From Spirochaetota bacterium (GTDB lineage: Bacteria; Spirochaetota; UBA4802; UBA5550), in NCBI GenBank assembly GCA_963664815.2, contig CAXXHB010000003.1:1056001-1120000 (forward strand): a DNA stretch of 64,000 nucleotides. Reading direction: 5' to 3'. Below are positions 50,945-61,667 of the stretch, piece by piece; position 1 is the first letter of the stretch, and each line of letters opens with the position of its first letter. The position numbers and the translations under genes are program-made. The notes under the pieces were generated by a model. It had not been told where the DNA came from. It saw only the letters and a list, made by a program, of their open reading frames with translations, and did not search any database.

Positions 50945-53313
50945 TTACCGGATACCTTCCTGTTGCTCATGGTATAATTTCTGCCTATTTAATCAGGTCC
51001 CTTATCCTTTCAGGTTTGTGGCTGCTCGCATGGTTCCCCGTGCTGTTGTTTATGAAAAGGTTTACTGCAGAGAGCAGGTTCACTGTCGTGCTGTTTCTGT
51101 TTCTTGCAATTCCTGTACTGCCATTAATAAAAGGGGACTATTTTATTAAAAACAGATCAGATATATACTCCGCTGTGAGAATGCACAACCCGCTTAATAT
51201 TGAAAAACTTATAACAGATGGAGCGGCGTACAGAAAAGACAATGCAGGGTCTCCGGTTTATCAGTCGTCTCTGCAGGGTGAAGTGCTGCAGCAGACAGAG
51301 TCCAGGGTAAAACACTTTCATGATATATCTTACACGGCGCCTGTTTTTATCATATGGCTGGCTGGATCACTTCTTTTCTTCGCCGGAATTTCTGCCGGAT
51401 TATTTAAGCTGAAAAAAATAGTTAGAGAGAGCTCCGTAACGAGTGATGAAAAATTTGTAAGCATTATAAGAACTGTGGCGGAAAAACTGGAAATCCGCAG
51501 ATACCCGGAGCTGCGCATAAGTGAAACTGTTTCAACTCCTTTATCGTTCGGTATACTCAAGCCTGTAATTATCATACCCTCATGTGTTATCAGGGATATG
51601 GATAAAACGGATATTGAGCAGGTGTTAGTACATGAATCATCGCATATCGAACGGCATGACTATATTGCAGTTATACTGCAGAGAGTTATGGAGGCCCTGT
51701 TTTTCTTTAACCCGGCGGTGTGGTATCTCAGCGGAAAACTCTCCGGGCTGCAGGAGGAGTGCTGCGATGACATTGTAATTGATCTGACCGGTGACCGTTT
51801 CAGGTACGCGGAGAATATACTCGCCATACTCCGCTTCGGCATAAATGGAAAATCCAGAATGGCCAATGGTATATCCGGTCGGGGGGGAATTTTCAGGAGA
51901 GTTATGAATATAATGGAAAATGATAAAACTGTTAAAATAAAAAGCCTTAAAAAGACAATAGTTTTAATAATATGCGGCACGGCTGCAGGGCTGCTGCTGG
52001 TAATGTGTGCTAATATATCTGCAAAGCCGGCGGCGGGTCCGGTTAATACTTCGAAGCTTCCTGAAAATGTGGAGGCAATAATAGAACAGATGCATGACTA
52101 TGAAAAGAAGAATTTAACTGAGCCATATATGGAGAATCAGAGACAGCGGCTCGGCTATATTGAGAGAGCAATAGCTGAGGCATCCGCAATCCGCGACAAT
52201 ACTCTTAAAAGAAAAACAGTTATGCAGATGAATATAATGAAAGCTGGTATTGTTGAGGATCCCGGTAAGTCCGCTGATATATACAGGGAAGAACTTAAAA
52301 ATGCAAAAGAACTTGGAGAAAGGGAAATTGAGGGTGAGTGTCTTCTGAGACTGGGAGAATACAATCTGAATTTCAGCAAAGGTAAAAAACCGGACAATGA
52401 AAAGATGATTGCGGACGCAGTAAATATATTAAAGGAGACAGGCAGGATGGATATCCTTACTGAGGCATATTTTTTCCGTATGGCTAAGTATCTTGAAGAG
52501 AAAAAATATAGTGATGCCGTTTCAGTTTCGGCAGAACTTGCCGGAGCAGTCAGATCGGGGAATATTGGAGGTGAGGATTCTGTGGCATCTGCAGTTGCGG
52601 CCTTTGCTGAAAGCATAAAGAGCTTTTCGCCGGCTGATAAAGTTTTGATGTACAGCACAACAGCTGAAATATTCAGTATCGGCAGTGACGGCAGAGTGCT
52701 CTATACCGGTCAGCCCGGTTTCGGCGGAAATATCGGCATGAGCGACAGGGAGATGGATCTCTTCGATTTCCCGGTATACTGGTCCCTTGGCAATAACGGA
52801 GGAATTGCTTTTGAATGGATTAAGGAAGGGGAGTCTGAAACAGTAAAGAGTTTTTCGTTCGGGAAGGAGTATCTTCAGAGTGTTATTAGATGTGAGCCGG
52901 GTAGCGGGCAGGTGAAGGTTCCGGCGGGCATCTTCAGCGGCTGCAGGCATATAAGTATAACAGTTACAGATACACCTCTCTCTGCCGGTGAGGGGAAGAA
53001 TGAAAAGAGAGCCGAGGAGATGAACGGTATTCTTAAAGGGAGATTTGATATATGGTATTCACGCGGAACAGGTATAGTAAAGATAAACAGGTCAAGAAGG
53101 GGGGTAAACTCATCACTTGTGCTGACTGAATATAAGATTAATGACGAAGGCGGATCATCACTGTTTCCTCTTGCAGAGGGAAACTATTGGAAGTACAGGG
53201 TGTCTGCGGGTAAAATAAATAGATACAGATCCGAGTATGTCTCCAGGGTTGAAAGGGTTGATGATGGAAAATATTACATGTCGCATTACGGGTATGCTGT
53301 CAGAAAGAGGTAA
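50941..53313 (+). CDS. BlaR1-like M56 metallopeptidase with a non-PBP extracytoplasmic domain
   Basis: HESSHIERHD (HExxH), FFNP, EECCDD; helical region then VPAGIFSGC..WYSRGTGIVK. Confidence 0.88.
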   Translation: MITGYLPVAHGIISAYLIRSLILSGLWLLAWFPVLLFMKRFTAESRFTVVLFLFLAIPVLPLIKGDYFIKNRSDIYSAVRMHNPLNIEKLITDGAAYRKDNAGSPVYQSSLQGEVLQQTESRVKHFHDISYTAPVFIIWLAGSLLFFAGISAGLFKLKKIVRESSVTSDEKFVSIIRTVAEKLEIRRYPELRISETVSTPLSFGILKPVIIIPSCVIRDMDKTDIEQVLVHESSHIERHDYIAVILQRVMEALFFFNPAVWYLSGKLSGLQEECCDDIVIDLTGDRFRYAENILAILRFGINGKSRMANGISGRGGIFRRVMNIMENDKTVKIKSLKKTIVLIICGTAAGLLLVMCANISAKPAAGPVNTSKLPENVEAIIEQMHDYEKKNLTEPYMENQRQRLGYIERAIAEASAIRDNTLKRKTVMQMNIMKAGIVEDPGKSADIYREELKNAKELGEREIEGECLLRLGEYNLNFSKGKKPDNEKMIADAVNILKETGRMDILTEAYFFRMAKYLEEKKYSDAVSVSAELAGAVRSGNIGGEDSVASAVAAFAESIKSFSPADKVLMYSTTAEIFSIGSDGRVLYTGQPGFGGNIGMSDREMDLFDFPVYWSLGNNGGIAFEWIKEGESETVKSFSFGKEYLQSVIRCEPGSGQVKVPAGIFSGCRHISITVTDTPLSAGEGKNEKRAEEMNGILKGRFDIWYSRGTGIVKINRSRRGVNSSLVLTEYKINDEGGSSLFPLAEGNYWKYRVSAGKINRYRSEYVSRVERVDDGKYYMSHYGYAVRKR

Positions 53314-53441
53314 CCGGTTTTTTTAACAGGTCGTGTCGATTGCCCGGATAGTTTTAAGGTATGGCTGCTGCAATACCGCGCGCGGTGAGACTGACCGCGC
53401 ACAGTTTATGCAGGTAGAGTGCGGATTTTTATTATATCGAT

Positions 53442-53957
53442 TTATAAAAGCAGCAGAATTGCTGATCCTATTAAGCCTGAGCCGGCAATGTAAATACCCC
53501 TGCGGAATAATTTATTTCCGGGGCTGTACATCCAGAACGAGGATAAGGCGAGGAATAACAGTAAAAGTCCATATACTAAAGAAAACCAGTGAGAAATATT
53601 CCTGGCAGATGACTTGTGCAGGCTGTTGAACTTTTCCAGCAGAAGCGGAAGTACTTCAGCTGAATAATTTGCGATACCAGTTGTCCTGTTATAAGTTCCA
53701 TTCCGGAAATAAACAATATCACCCTCAGTCTTTAAAACATTGAAATTTTTTATATGCAGTATAATGCCAAGTTTCTGCTCTTCAATGCCTGGAGACAGGT
53801 GCCTCTCAATATTTTTTTCAGTTTTCAAAAAGGCGGTTTCTTTATATATCAGCAAAATTCCGCTGATACAGTAAATAATGGTGAGGCCTATGACAAAAAA
53901 ACCAATGTCGCGATGCAGTGCCCTCATGTAATAGTTGACCGGTTTTTTTAATTCCAT
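53442..53957 (-). CDS. PepSY-associated TM protein
   Basis: RALHRDIGFF..YCISGI; NSLHK; LALSSFWM. Confidence 0.8.
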   Translation of the reverse strand: MELKKPVNYYMRALHRDIGFFVIGLTIIYCISGILLIYKETAFLKTEKNIERHLSPGIEEQKLGIILHIKNFNVLKTEGDIVYFRNGTYNRTTGIANYSAEVLPLLLEKFNSLHKSSARNISHWFSLVYGLLLLFLALSSFWMYSPGNKLFRRGIYIAGSGLIGSAILLLL

Positions 53958-54179
53958 GGTAAAGTCTCCCTCTTCAGATAATGTTTATTAAATAAACCCG
54001 TTATTTATCAGAATGGTTCCATTTAATTAATCCGCATTGTCTTAAAAAAATTAAAAATATATTCAGAAGTGCTGCACCTGTGTTTCTCAGCTGCAAAGCT
54101 GCGGCAGCAGACAGATGGAGGGCTTTTTATGAAGAATTTTTTTACTATTTTGTTGACAAAAAAAAGCGTTTTTCCAGAA

Positions 54180-54212
54180 TAGTTGCAAATACACCAATTG
54201 TGTTTGCAACTA
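54180..54212. promoter_or_regulatory. MarR-type operator
   Basis: TAGTTGCAAATACA-ccaat-TGTGTTTGCAACTA just upstream of the marR-like gene. Confidence 0.75.
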
Positions 54213-54229
54213 ATAAAACCGGGGGATTA

Positions 54230-54667
54230 ATGTTTGTTGATAAGATTAATAGTTTTCCGCAATTCATTAAAAAAATATTCTATGATCATGATATATCGGG
54301 ATTAGAACTGAATATTAATAATACGCAGACGCAGATATTGATGTCTGTAAGCGAAAACAGTGAAAAATCAATGTCTGAAATAAGCCTGATGACCGGACTT
54401 GAAAAAAGCTCATTTACGCGTTCTGTTGATTACCTTGTAAAAAACGGGTTTATTACGCGGAACCTGTCGGAAAATGACAGAAGGATTATACAGCTGACTC
54501 TTACAAATAAAGGGAGCAGGGCTGCAAAGCTTATTAAAAATGATTTTGAGGTCTATCTGGATTCTCTGATAAAAGATTTTTCCGAAGAGGAAAAAAATGA
54601 GTTTTTCGAATCATTAACGGTCGTATCAAAATATATGAACAGAATATTGGAAGGGAAAAAAAGATGA
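54230..54667 (+). CDS. MarR family regulator
   Basis: KSSFTRSVDYLVKNG..DRR..LTNKG; GGGGG RBS before 54230. Confidence 0.9.
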   Translation: MFVDKINSFPQFIKKIFYDHDISGLELNINNTQTQILMSVSENSEKSMSEISLMTGLEKSSFTRSVDYLVKNGFITRNLSENDRRIIQLTLTNKGSRAAKLIKNDFEVYLDSLIKDFSEEEKNEFFESLTVVSKYMNRILEGKKR

Positions 54668-55011
54668 ACGCTACAGAGCATAAATCTCTGAAAAACAAAC
54701 AGGAACTTCTGGAAAAGAAAAAACTGGAAAAAATTATCAGGGACTGGGCCGGTAAAAATAAAAAGCTATTCTGGAAATACGAGGTGTCATGCTTTTATAA
54801 AACTTATATGATAAGAGTATCCGGCCTCCCTCAGCCTTCAGCGGAAAATATTACAGTATCACCCTTTATCCGGCTCTTCGGCAGTCAGCAGAAAAAACAG
54901 CTGTGTGATGCAATAACAAAAGCCTCTGTAAAAGCGGAGATGTTAAGCGACTCAAGTATTGATGTTCAGATTGATTTTGTTGATGGAGCCGTATCTACCG
55001 GGATTATTTAA
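54664..55011 (+). CDS. hypothetical protein
   Basis: ATGA overlap with the marR-like gene; 115-aa ORF. Confidence 0.65.
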   Translation: MNATEHKSLKNKQELLEKKKLEKIIRDWAGKNKKLFWKYEVSCFYKTYMIRVSGLPQPSAENITVSPFIRLFGSQQKKQLCDAITKASVKAEMLSDSSIDVQIDFVDGAVSTGII

Positions 55012-55069
55012 CCATATAACAGAAACAAGAATAAAAGACAAAAACCTGTCTCTCGCCATTAAGTGACAC

Positions 55070-55894
55070 ATGGGGGTAGCCGTGAAAACAGGGCATGATA
55101 CTGATAACACACGCGATAAAAGTAAAAAGTATAAAAAATGCATTGACGGGTATTCCGATACAAAACAGGGAAAAAGATATGTCAATGAAGCACATGAATG
55201 GATGGATAGAAATATCCTGAAGGGACGTTATCCTGATCTGTACGGATTTTTGATACTTGCGGATCATAAAATTCCTGCAGAAGAGATATGGAGCCAGCTT
55301 CAGTTCTGGTCTGAGCAATACATCGATTTCGGTGAGAACCGTACCAGGATATGCCATAAGATAATTGATGAGGCGATTGAATATCAGATTGAGATTGATA
55401 CACGGGAGGGGTACCGTCCATATTATTGTCATAAGGGATGCTCAAACTGCTGCTACCAGCCGGTGGCATGTACTGATGAAGAGGCGCAGCTGATTTATAA
55501 ATACTGTGTGGAAAACAGAATTTATATTGATTTTGAAAAACTTGAAAGGCAGCAGAGATACTTGGAATTTGATTCATGCAGTAATTTTACAGGCATGACC
55601 ACATGGAACAACCAGGGGGAAGAAGACCAGTCCTGCGCCTTCCTTGATAGTGGTGACGCTACATGTAAAATCTGGGAAGTACGTCCCTTCGTGTGCAGGG
55701 TTCACCTGGCTGAAAAAACAGATAAATTCTGCCGATCATTCAACGGTGCACCCGACCCGGATGCGTGCGGGATTCATTACCCGGTATGCAGCTATATCCT
55801 CAGCTCCATATTTACAATTCACCACGATTCTGTAGGAAAGATGATGAACCGGCTTTTACTGAATCAGAAGATTGCCGATGCACGCCGCGTCTGA
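55070..55894 (+). CDS. YkgJ-type cysteine-cluster protein
   Basis: CHKGCSNCC, CAFL, CKIWEVRPFVCR. Confidence 0.85.
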   Translation: MGVAVKTGHDTDNTRDKSKKYKKCIDGYSDTKQGKRYVNEAHEWMDRNILKGRYPDLYGFLILADHKIPAEEIWSQLQFWSEQYIDFGENRTRICHKIIDEAIEYQIEIDTREGYRPYYCHKGCSNCCYQPVACTDEEAQLIYKYCVENRIYIDFEKLERQQRYLEFDSCSNFTGMTTWNNQGEEDQSCAFLDSGDATCKIWEVRPFVCRVHLAEKTDKFCRSFNGAPDPDACGIHYPVCSYILSSIFTIHHDSVGKMMNRLLLNQKIADARRV

Positions 55895-55962
55895 TACAAT
55901 CAGTGTTTTAATTAATAAAATTTATATAAGGAAATTTAAGAAAACTTCAGGAGATGACAGTA

Positions 55963-56112
55963 ATGCTGAAATCAACAGGAGAGTGCAAGTGCGGACTGGA
56001 GCGTAAGATCGAGTGTGATGATCCGGGCATTATGCAGAGACTTAAAAATATGCCATGTCATCACTGCAGCGGTATGATTAAATATAAACCGGAAAAACAG
56101 GATCATCCTTGA
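55963..56112 (+). CDS. 49-aa zinc-ribbon-like small protein (absent from the ORF track)
   Basis: AGGAG RBS; MLKSTGECKCGLERKIECDDPGIMQRLKNMPCHHCSGMIKYKPEKQDHP. Confidence 0.6.
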   Translation: MLKSTGECKCGLERKIECDDPGIMQRLKNMPCHHCSGMIKYKPEKQDHP

Positions 56113-56184
56113 CAAAATCTCTTTTATCTGCAAAGCTCTGAATATGATTTCAGTAATAATAGCTTTCGCAGGTGAGATTTAAAT

Positions 56185-56802
56185 ATGTCGATAAAGTCTG
56201 ATGCAGCAAAAGCAGAGATAATTGAAGCTGCAAGAAAAGTTCTCTCACAGATAGGCGTTAAAAATATGACTCTCCAGTCTGTTGCTGATGCCGCATCAAT
56301 AAGCAAGGGGGCCCTTTACCATTATTATAAGACAAAGGACAATATCCTTTATGATATTATGGAACAGGACAACGCTCATTCGCGCGAGATCAATAAAAGG
56401 CTGGATGAGAATCTTGATATAGATGAGGCTAAAAGAGAGATTACAAAGGGTATTCTGGAACGATTTGAATATCTGGATAAAAATAAACTAAACCTGTATA
56501 TACAGGGTGAGGCTCTGCAGGGGAACAAAGAACTTCAGAAAAGATATAATGAGAAATATCATGAGTGGATAAAAAACATGGATGAAACGTTGTCGCGGAT
56601 TTATAATGTTGATTCATCTGATATTACCAGGACAATTTCAACAATTGCTCTGGCTGCAATTGAAGGTATATGTATTCAGAAGGCTCTCATGGACAGAATT
56701 GAGGGAAGAGAGGAACTGATAGCTAAAATTATAATTTTCATTCTGAACCTTGATTATAATGTAATCTCTGATGCCCTGAAAGAGACGCCGGGACTGGAAT
56801 AG
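56185..56802 (+). CDS. TetR/AcrR regulator
   Basis: TLQSVADAASISKGALYHYYKTKD HTH. Confidence 0.92.
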   Translation: MSIKSDAAKAEIIEAARKVLSQIGVKNMTLQSVADAASISKGALYHYYKTKDNILYDIMEQDNAHSREINKRLDENLDIDEAKREITKGILERFEYLDKNKLNLYIQGEALQGNKELQKRYNEKYHEWIKNMDETLSRIYNVDSSDITRTISTIALAAIEGICIQKALMDRIEGREELIAKIIIFILNLDYNVISDALKETPGLE

Positions 56803-57035
56803 TAATATTTAATAACCCATTTTAAAGATAAATGCCACTTTATTTTCAGCCTTCGACCTTTAAAAAAATAAAAATTATTATATAGTGCATACCTTGTATT
56901 TATACTCCGGAATACTCATTTTTAAGAAAAAACAAGCCACCCGGCCGGCTTTTTCCAGAAAAGGAGTGGATAAATTATTCTGCCGGGGTAATAAATGCTG
57001 ATAAATCATGAATTAAATATAAAACGGGGGGCATA

Positions 57036-58955
57036 ATGGACTATCTGGAAAAAAAGGATTACGGCTGGTTTATGGGGCAGTACACATTTCCCGAACTGCT
57101 GAACAGAAATGTTGTATGTTTTTCAACTAAGAAAGCCCAGACATGGAAAACCAAAGATGGCCGAATAGAATCAATCAACTACGCAGAACTTGGAAGAATT
57201 GTCAAAGAGATAACATGCGGTCTTATGGAACAGGGTTTCCAGCCGGGAGACAGGGCGGCTATTATGTGCAACACAAGGGCTGAATGGATGCAGTGCGATT
57301 ATGGAATTCTCTGCGCCGCTGGAATTACTGTATGCATATACCCCTCATTGAGTGAATCTGAAATGTCATTTATTCTTAAAGATTCAGGGACAAAAATTCT
57401 TTTCGTTGAAGATGATGCAATGCTTCAGAAAGCGGAAAAAATTGCGGCGGGTCTCCCTGCTCTTGAAAAAATAGTAGTGATCGACAGCGAAAAAAAGATA
57501 AACAGCGGCAAGGTGTTTACTCTTGATGTGCTCAGAAAAGCAGGTGAACAGCTCTCTGTAAGGGAGAGGTTTGCCTTCGACAACAGGTGGAGAAGTGTGA
57601 AGATAACAGACCGGATGACAATTGTTTATACATCCGGAACAACGGGAAATCCCAAGGGGGCAGTACACACACATATGAGCATCAACGCGGCGATTATGCG
57701 TGATCTTTCCTTTGCTCCGGAGATTAAAAAGGATTTTGTCAATCTTTCATTTCTTCCGTTGTCTCATACGTATGAAAGGGAGTGTGGTCATGGTGTTGCG
57801 ATGGCTACTGCCACTACTATTGCCTATTCAACACCCCAGACCATGGTAGATGATTTTATCGACTTCAAACCGAGTAACTTTAATTCGGTACCGCGCCTGT
57901 ATGAAAGGATATTCATGGCACTCAGGGCAAAAGCATCAAAATCTGCCGCCGGCAGGTTTATTTTTAACTCTGCAATAAAGACAGGGCTTGATGTCGTTAA
58001 AAATATAACCGACGAAAAGGGATTTGTTGATGTCTATCCCGGGATGGATATTACAAAGAATGTCGGTTTTTTCCTTAAAATGAAGTATAGTCTTTATGAC
58101 AGACTGATTTTCAGCAAGGTAAGGGAGATGCTGGGGGGAAATTTTGTTTATGCATGCTCCGCGGCAGGAAGTTTATCTCCCGACCTTTTCAAGCTCTTTC
58201 TTGCAATGGGTATACAGATATATGAAGGCTATGGTTCAACCGAGACCTGCAATACGATAAACATGAACAGGATGCACAGGGTACTCCCCGGATCGGTGGG
58301 GCCGCTCTGTCCCGGTGTTGAAGGGAGAATTGCCGAGGATGGCGAATGGCTTGTCAGGGGAAATAACATCTTTCTCGAATACTGGAATAATCCCGAAGCG
58401 ACGAAGGAGGCGTTTACTGAGGATGGCTTCTTTAAAACCGGCGATATAGTCGAGATGCTTGACGAGGGTTTTATCAGGATTGTGGACAGGAAAAAAGGTC
58501 TCATTGTACTCGATACAGGAAAAAACATTGCATCATCAAAGGTTGAACAGGCATTTTCCACAAGTTCATACATTGATCTGGCCTTTGCTGTGGGAGACAG
58601 CCAGAAATTTATAAGCGCGATTATTGTGCCGAATTTCGAGGAGTTTATGACGCTGTTTGAGAAAGAGGGTATCAGCTACGACAAGTCCGGAGTAGAGTAT
58701 TTCTCTCTTAACGGTGTGGAAACATGCGGAAAGGTAGGTGAGGATTTCATCGAAATTCCTATGCTTAAAGAACTTATAGAAAAAGAGGTAGCAAGAGTAA
58801 ACAGCGAGCTTGAATCTTATGAAAGAATCAAAAAGTATAAAATACTAAACAGGCGCTTTACAGAGCTTTCAGGTGAAATGACCCCGACCCTTAAAGTAAA
58901 GCGCAATATTGTTATTGCCAATTTAAAAGATGAGATTAAAAAGCTGTATGTTTAG
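57036..58955 (+). CDS. long-chain acyl-CoA synthetase
   Basis: YTSGTTGNPKG, EGYGSTE, FKTGD, DRKK and TPTLKVKR. Confidence 0.92.
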   Translation: MDYLEKKDYGWFMGQYTFPELLNRNVVCFSTKKAQTWKTKDGRIESINYAELGRIVKEITCGLMEQGFQPGDRAAIMCNTRAEWMQCDYGILCAAGITVCIYPSLSESEMSFILKDSGTKILFVEDDAMLQKAEKIAAGLPALEKIVVIDSEKKINSGKVFTLDVLRKAGEQLSVRERFAFDNRWRSVKITDRMTIVYTSGTTGNPKGAVHTHMSINAAIMRDLSFAPEIKKDFVNLSFLPLSHTYERECGHGVAMATATTIAYSTPQTMVDDFIDFKPSNFNSVPRLYERIFMALRAKASKSAAGRFIFNSAIKTGLDVVKNITDEKGFVDVYPGMDITKNVGFFLKMKYSLYDRLIFSKVREMLGGNFVYACSAAGSLSPDLFKLFLAMGIQIYEGYGSTETCNTINMNRMHRVLPGSVGPLCPGVEGRIAEDGEWLVRGNNIFLEYWNNPEATKEAFTEDGFFKTGDIVEMLDEGFIRIVDRKKGLIVLDTGKNIASSKVEQAFSTSSYIDLAFAVGDSQKFISAIIVPNFEEFMTLFEKEGISYDKSGVEYFSLNGVETCGKVGEDFIEIPMLKELIEKEVARVNSELESYERIKKYKILNRRFTELSGEMTPTLKVKRNIVIANLKDEIKKLYV

Positions 58956-59234
58956 CAGGATTTCTGAGATATAAGAATTAAATCTGTGTCAGACATGGAA
59001 TTGTGAATTTCCTGATGCCAGGCCGTTTCGCCTGGCATCAGGCGCTTTAATAATTTAAAATCGTCAGATGACAGAAATGGATGTTTTAGTATCGCCGGTC
59101 GCATGGATGCAAAGCAGGCAATTGTAGCGTATCTTAACAGTGCTTTTAAATTACAGCTAAAATTTAAAATGAAAAAATATTTTTTTTGACATGAAAACAT
59201 ATAAAATATAGATTTCATTAACACGGGAGGCTTT

Positions 59235-59465
59235 ATGATCAGCCTGGATATCAAAAAGAAACTGATAGATGATTTAAATAATCTGACCTTTGATTCTCAG
59301 AAAAAAGTGCAGGAATTCGCGCATGCCCTTCTGGTAACTCAAACCAGAGGACAATCAGGGAAGGAGATGCTTAAGTTTTCAGGAATACTTAAACATGATG
59401 ATGCTGGTGAGCTGAAAAAAATTATTGAAAGCGGATGTGAAAAGGTAGATATCAATGGGTGGTAG
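59235..59465 (+). CDS. putative VapB-type antitoxin
   Basis: 76-aa ORF overlapping a PIN toxin; ends CEKVDINGW. Confidence 0.75.
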   Translation: MISLDIKKKLIDDLNNLTFDSQKKVQEFAHALLVTQTRGQSGKEMLKFSGILKHDDAGELKKIIESGCEKVDINGW

Positions 59466-59859
59466 ATATCTGCTTGACACCAATATTATTATTGATCTTT
59501 TCAATGGTGATGATGTTGTCACAAAAAAGCTTATTAATGCTGGTGAAGTCTTTGTTCCAAATGTCGTAATAGGTGAACTGTACTATGGATTTTACGGTTC
59601 AAAAAAGGCAAAAAGCAATTTAAAAAGACTCGAGGAATTTATTCTTTCGGCAACTGTGATTAATACCAGCATTGAGACAGCAAGAATTTACGGATATATA
59701 AAGAATGATTTAAAGAAAAAAGGCTCACCGATTCCAGAGAATGATATATGGATAGCGGCAATCGCAAAACAGTATTCATTAAAAGTATTAACAAGAGACC
59801 GACATTTTAAATCTATTGATGACATAGATGCAGATATACTGAGCAATAAAATACCATAA
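59455..59859 (+). CDS. vapC: VapC PIN-domain toxin
   Basis: LLDTN, GELYYG, ENDIWIAA and TRDRHF. Confidence 0.92.
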   Translation: MGGRYLLDTNIIIDLFNGDDVVTKKLINAGEVFVPNVVIGELYYGFYGSKKAKSNLKRLEEFILSATVINTSIETARIYGYIKNDLKKKGSPIPENDIWIAAIAKQYSLKVLTRDRHFKSIDDIDADILSNKIP

Positions 59860-60099
59860 AATTTAGTCCTTCCCGGCAAGTCGTTTTTATTCTGCTGTTT
59901 TTCACCGCTTTACCTGTTGTAATCAGGACAAACAGTTAAATCACCATCAGCAATTTAAATAATTCATATATTTTTGTTGCCATTTTAGCCCCCCCTGTTT
60001 TTATAATATCTTAGTTTTCCATAACCGGAATTGAGTTGAGTCAAAACCTGAATTTAACTTCAGATAACAAATCTTACCGATTTTTAGGAGTATTTTGCA

Positions 60100-61326
60100 A
60101 TGAAGAATGTATATGATGTTTTAACCGAAAGGGGATATGTTGAACAGGCCACCCATGAAGATGAAATCCGCGAGCTTTTAGGAAAAGAGCCTGTAACATT
60201 TTATATAGGTTTTGATCCGACCGCAGACAGTCTGCATGTAGGGCATTTTATCCAGGTAATGGTAATGATGCATATGCAGCAGGCGGGACACAGGCCAATT
60301 GCCCTGATAGGCGGGGGGACTGCAATGGTGGGTGATCCTTCGGGGCGCACAGACATGCGGCAGATGCTTACAATGGAACAGATAAGAAAAAACAGCGAGT
60401 CCTTCAAGAAACAGTTTTCCCGCTTCATCGATTTCGGCGAAGGGAAGGCCATAATGGTTAACAACGCCGACTGGCTGCTTAACCTGAACTACGTGGAGTT
60501 CCTGCGCGATATAGGACGCCATTTCTCTGTTAACCGCATGCTGGCCGCCGAGTGTTTTAAAAACCGTCTGGAAAAGGGGCTATCGTTCCTTGAATTCAAT
60601 TACATGCTTATGCAGTCCTATGACTTTCTTGAACTTTACCGCCGCTTCAACTGCAAGCTTCAGCTTGGCGGAAATGACCAGTGGTCCAATATAATATATG
60701 GAGTTGATCTTATCAGGCGGGCCGATAATGCTTCGTCCTACGGGCTTACCTTCAAGCTCCTGGTGAACAGCGAGGGGAACAAAATGGGTAAGACCCAGTC
60801 CGGTGCAGTGTGGCTTGACCCCGAAAAGACCACCCCTTACGATTTCTACCAGTACTGGAGAAACGTGGATGATCGTGACGTGAAAAACTGTTTGTCGCTT
60901 CTTACTTTTATGCCGATGGACGAGGTGAACCGCCTGGGCTCAATGCAGGGATCGGACATCAACCACGCAAAAGAAGTACTGGCATTTGAAGTGACAAAAC
61001 TGGTGCATGGTGAAGATGAGGCAGATAAGGCTCTCTCTGCAGCAAGGGCCCTTTTCGGCAATGCCGGTGATTCCGAATCCATTCCATCAACTGAGTTTGA
61101 CAGATCCGTATTCGACAAGGGTATAGATATCATCAGCCTTCTCTCCAGGACAGGTCTTATCGCAACAAACAGTGAGGGACGCCGTCTTATACAGCAGGGT
61201 GGAGTCTATATGAACGATGTACAGTTGACCGATTTCGCCATGGTGGTGACATCGGCGGATGTTAAAAACGGTAAAATACTTATCCGGAAGGGTAAAAAAG
61301 TATATCACCAGGCAGTTGTGAAGTAA
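60100..61326 (+). CDS. tyrS: tyrosine--tRNA ligase
   Basis: [28 protein letters not shown] and C-terminal S4 domain. Confidence 0.97.
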   Translation: MKNVYDVLTERGYVEQATHEDEIRELLGKEPVTFYIGFDPTADSLHVGHFIQVMVMMHMQQAGHRPIALIGGGTAMVGDPSGRTDMRQMLTMEQIRKNSESFKKQFSRFIDFGEGKAIMVNNADWLLNLNYVEFLRDIGRHFSVNRMLAAECFKNRLEKGLSFLEFNYMLMQSYDFLELYRRFNCKLQLGGNDQWSNIIYGVDLIRRADNASSYGLTFKLLVNSEGNKMGKTQSGAVWLDPEKTTPYDFYQYWRNVDDRDVKNCLSLLTFMPMDEVNRLGSMQGSDINHAKEVLAFEVTKLVHGEDEADKALSAARALFGNAGDSESIPSTEFDRSVFDKGIDIISLLSRTGLIATNSEGRRLIQQGGVYMNDVQLTDFAMVVTSADVKNGKILIRKGKKVYHQAVVK

Positions 61327-61667
61327 TTTAATGCGCCCCTTCACCGGGGCGATTTAAAATGTTTTAAATAATATTTTACCCCGCCCTACAGGCTGATTTA
61401 TTGCCGTAATACAGCTTAATTCTTTGCAGTAAGCATCGTTAATGTAATATATAAAAACCTCATAGAAAACCACTCATTTTTATTTTAACCACACAAAAAA
61501 GTTAAAATCATGTCACAAAATTAAAATCTCCCGGTATAAGAAAATGATGAAAACAATTATGCAAGTAATACAAACACTGGTAAATCAATAAGTCAGATGA
61601 CGGGAAAGAATTGTATAATTGAAGAATGTTTCCTCCATAGATGGATAATTTTAAAACGAGGTGTTAT

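Noticed and set aside
59011-59042. 13-bp hairpin CCTGATGCCAGGC/GCCTGGCATCAGG as a mobile-element end
   Set aside because: Single copy after the acyl-CoA synthetase; most simply a terminator or mRNA-stabilising stem.
59860-60099. T-box leader before tyrS
   Set aside because: No AGGGTGGNACCGCG antiterminator motif was found.
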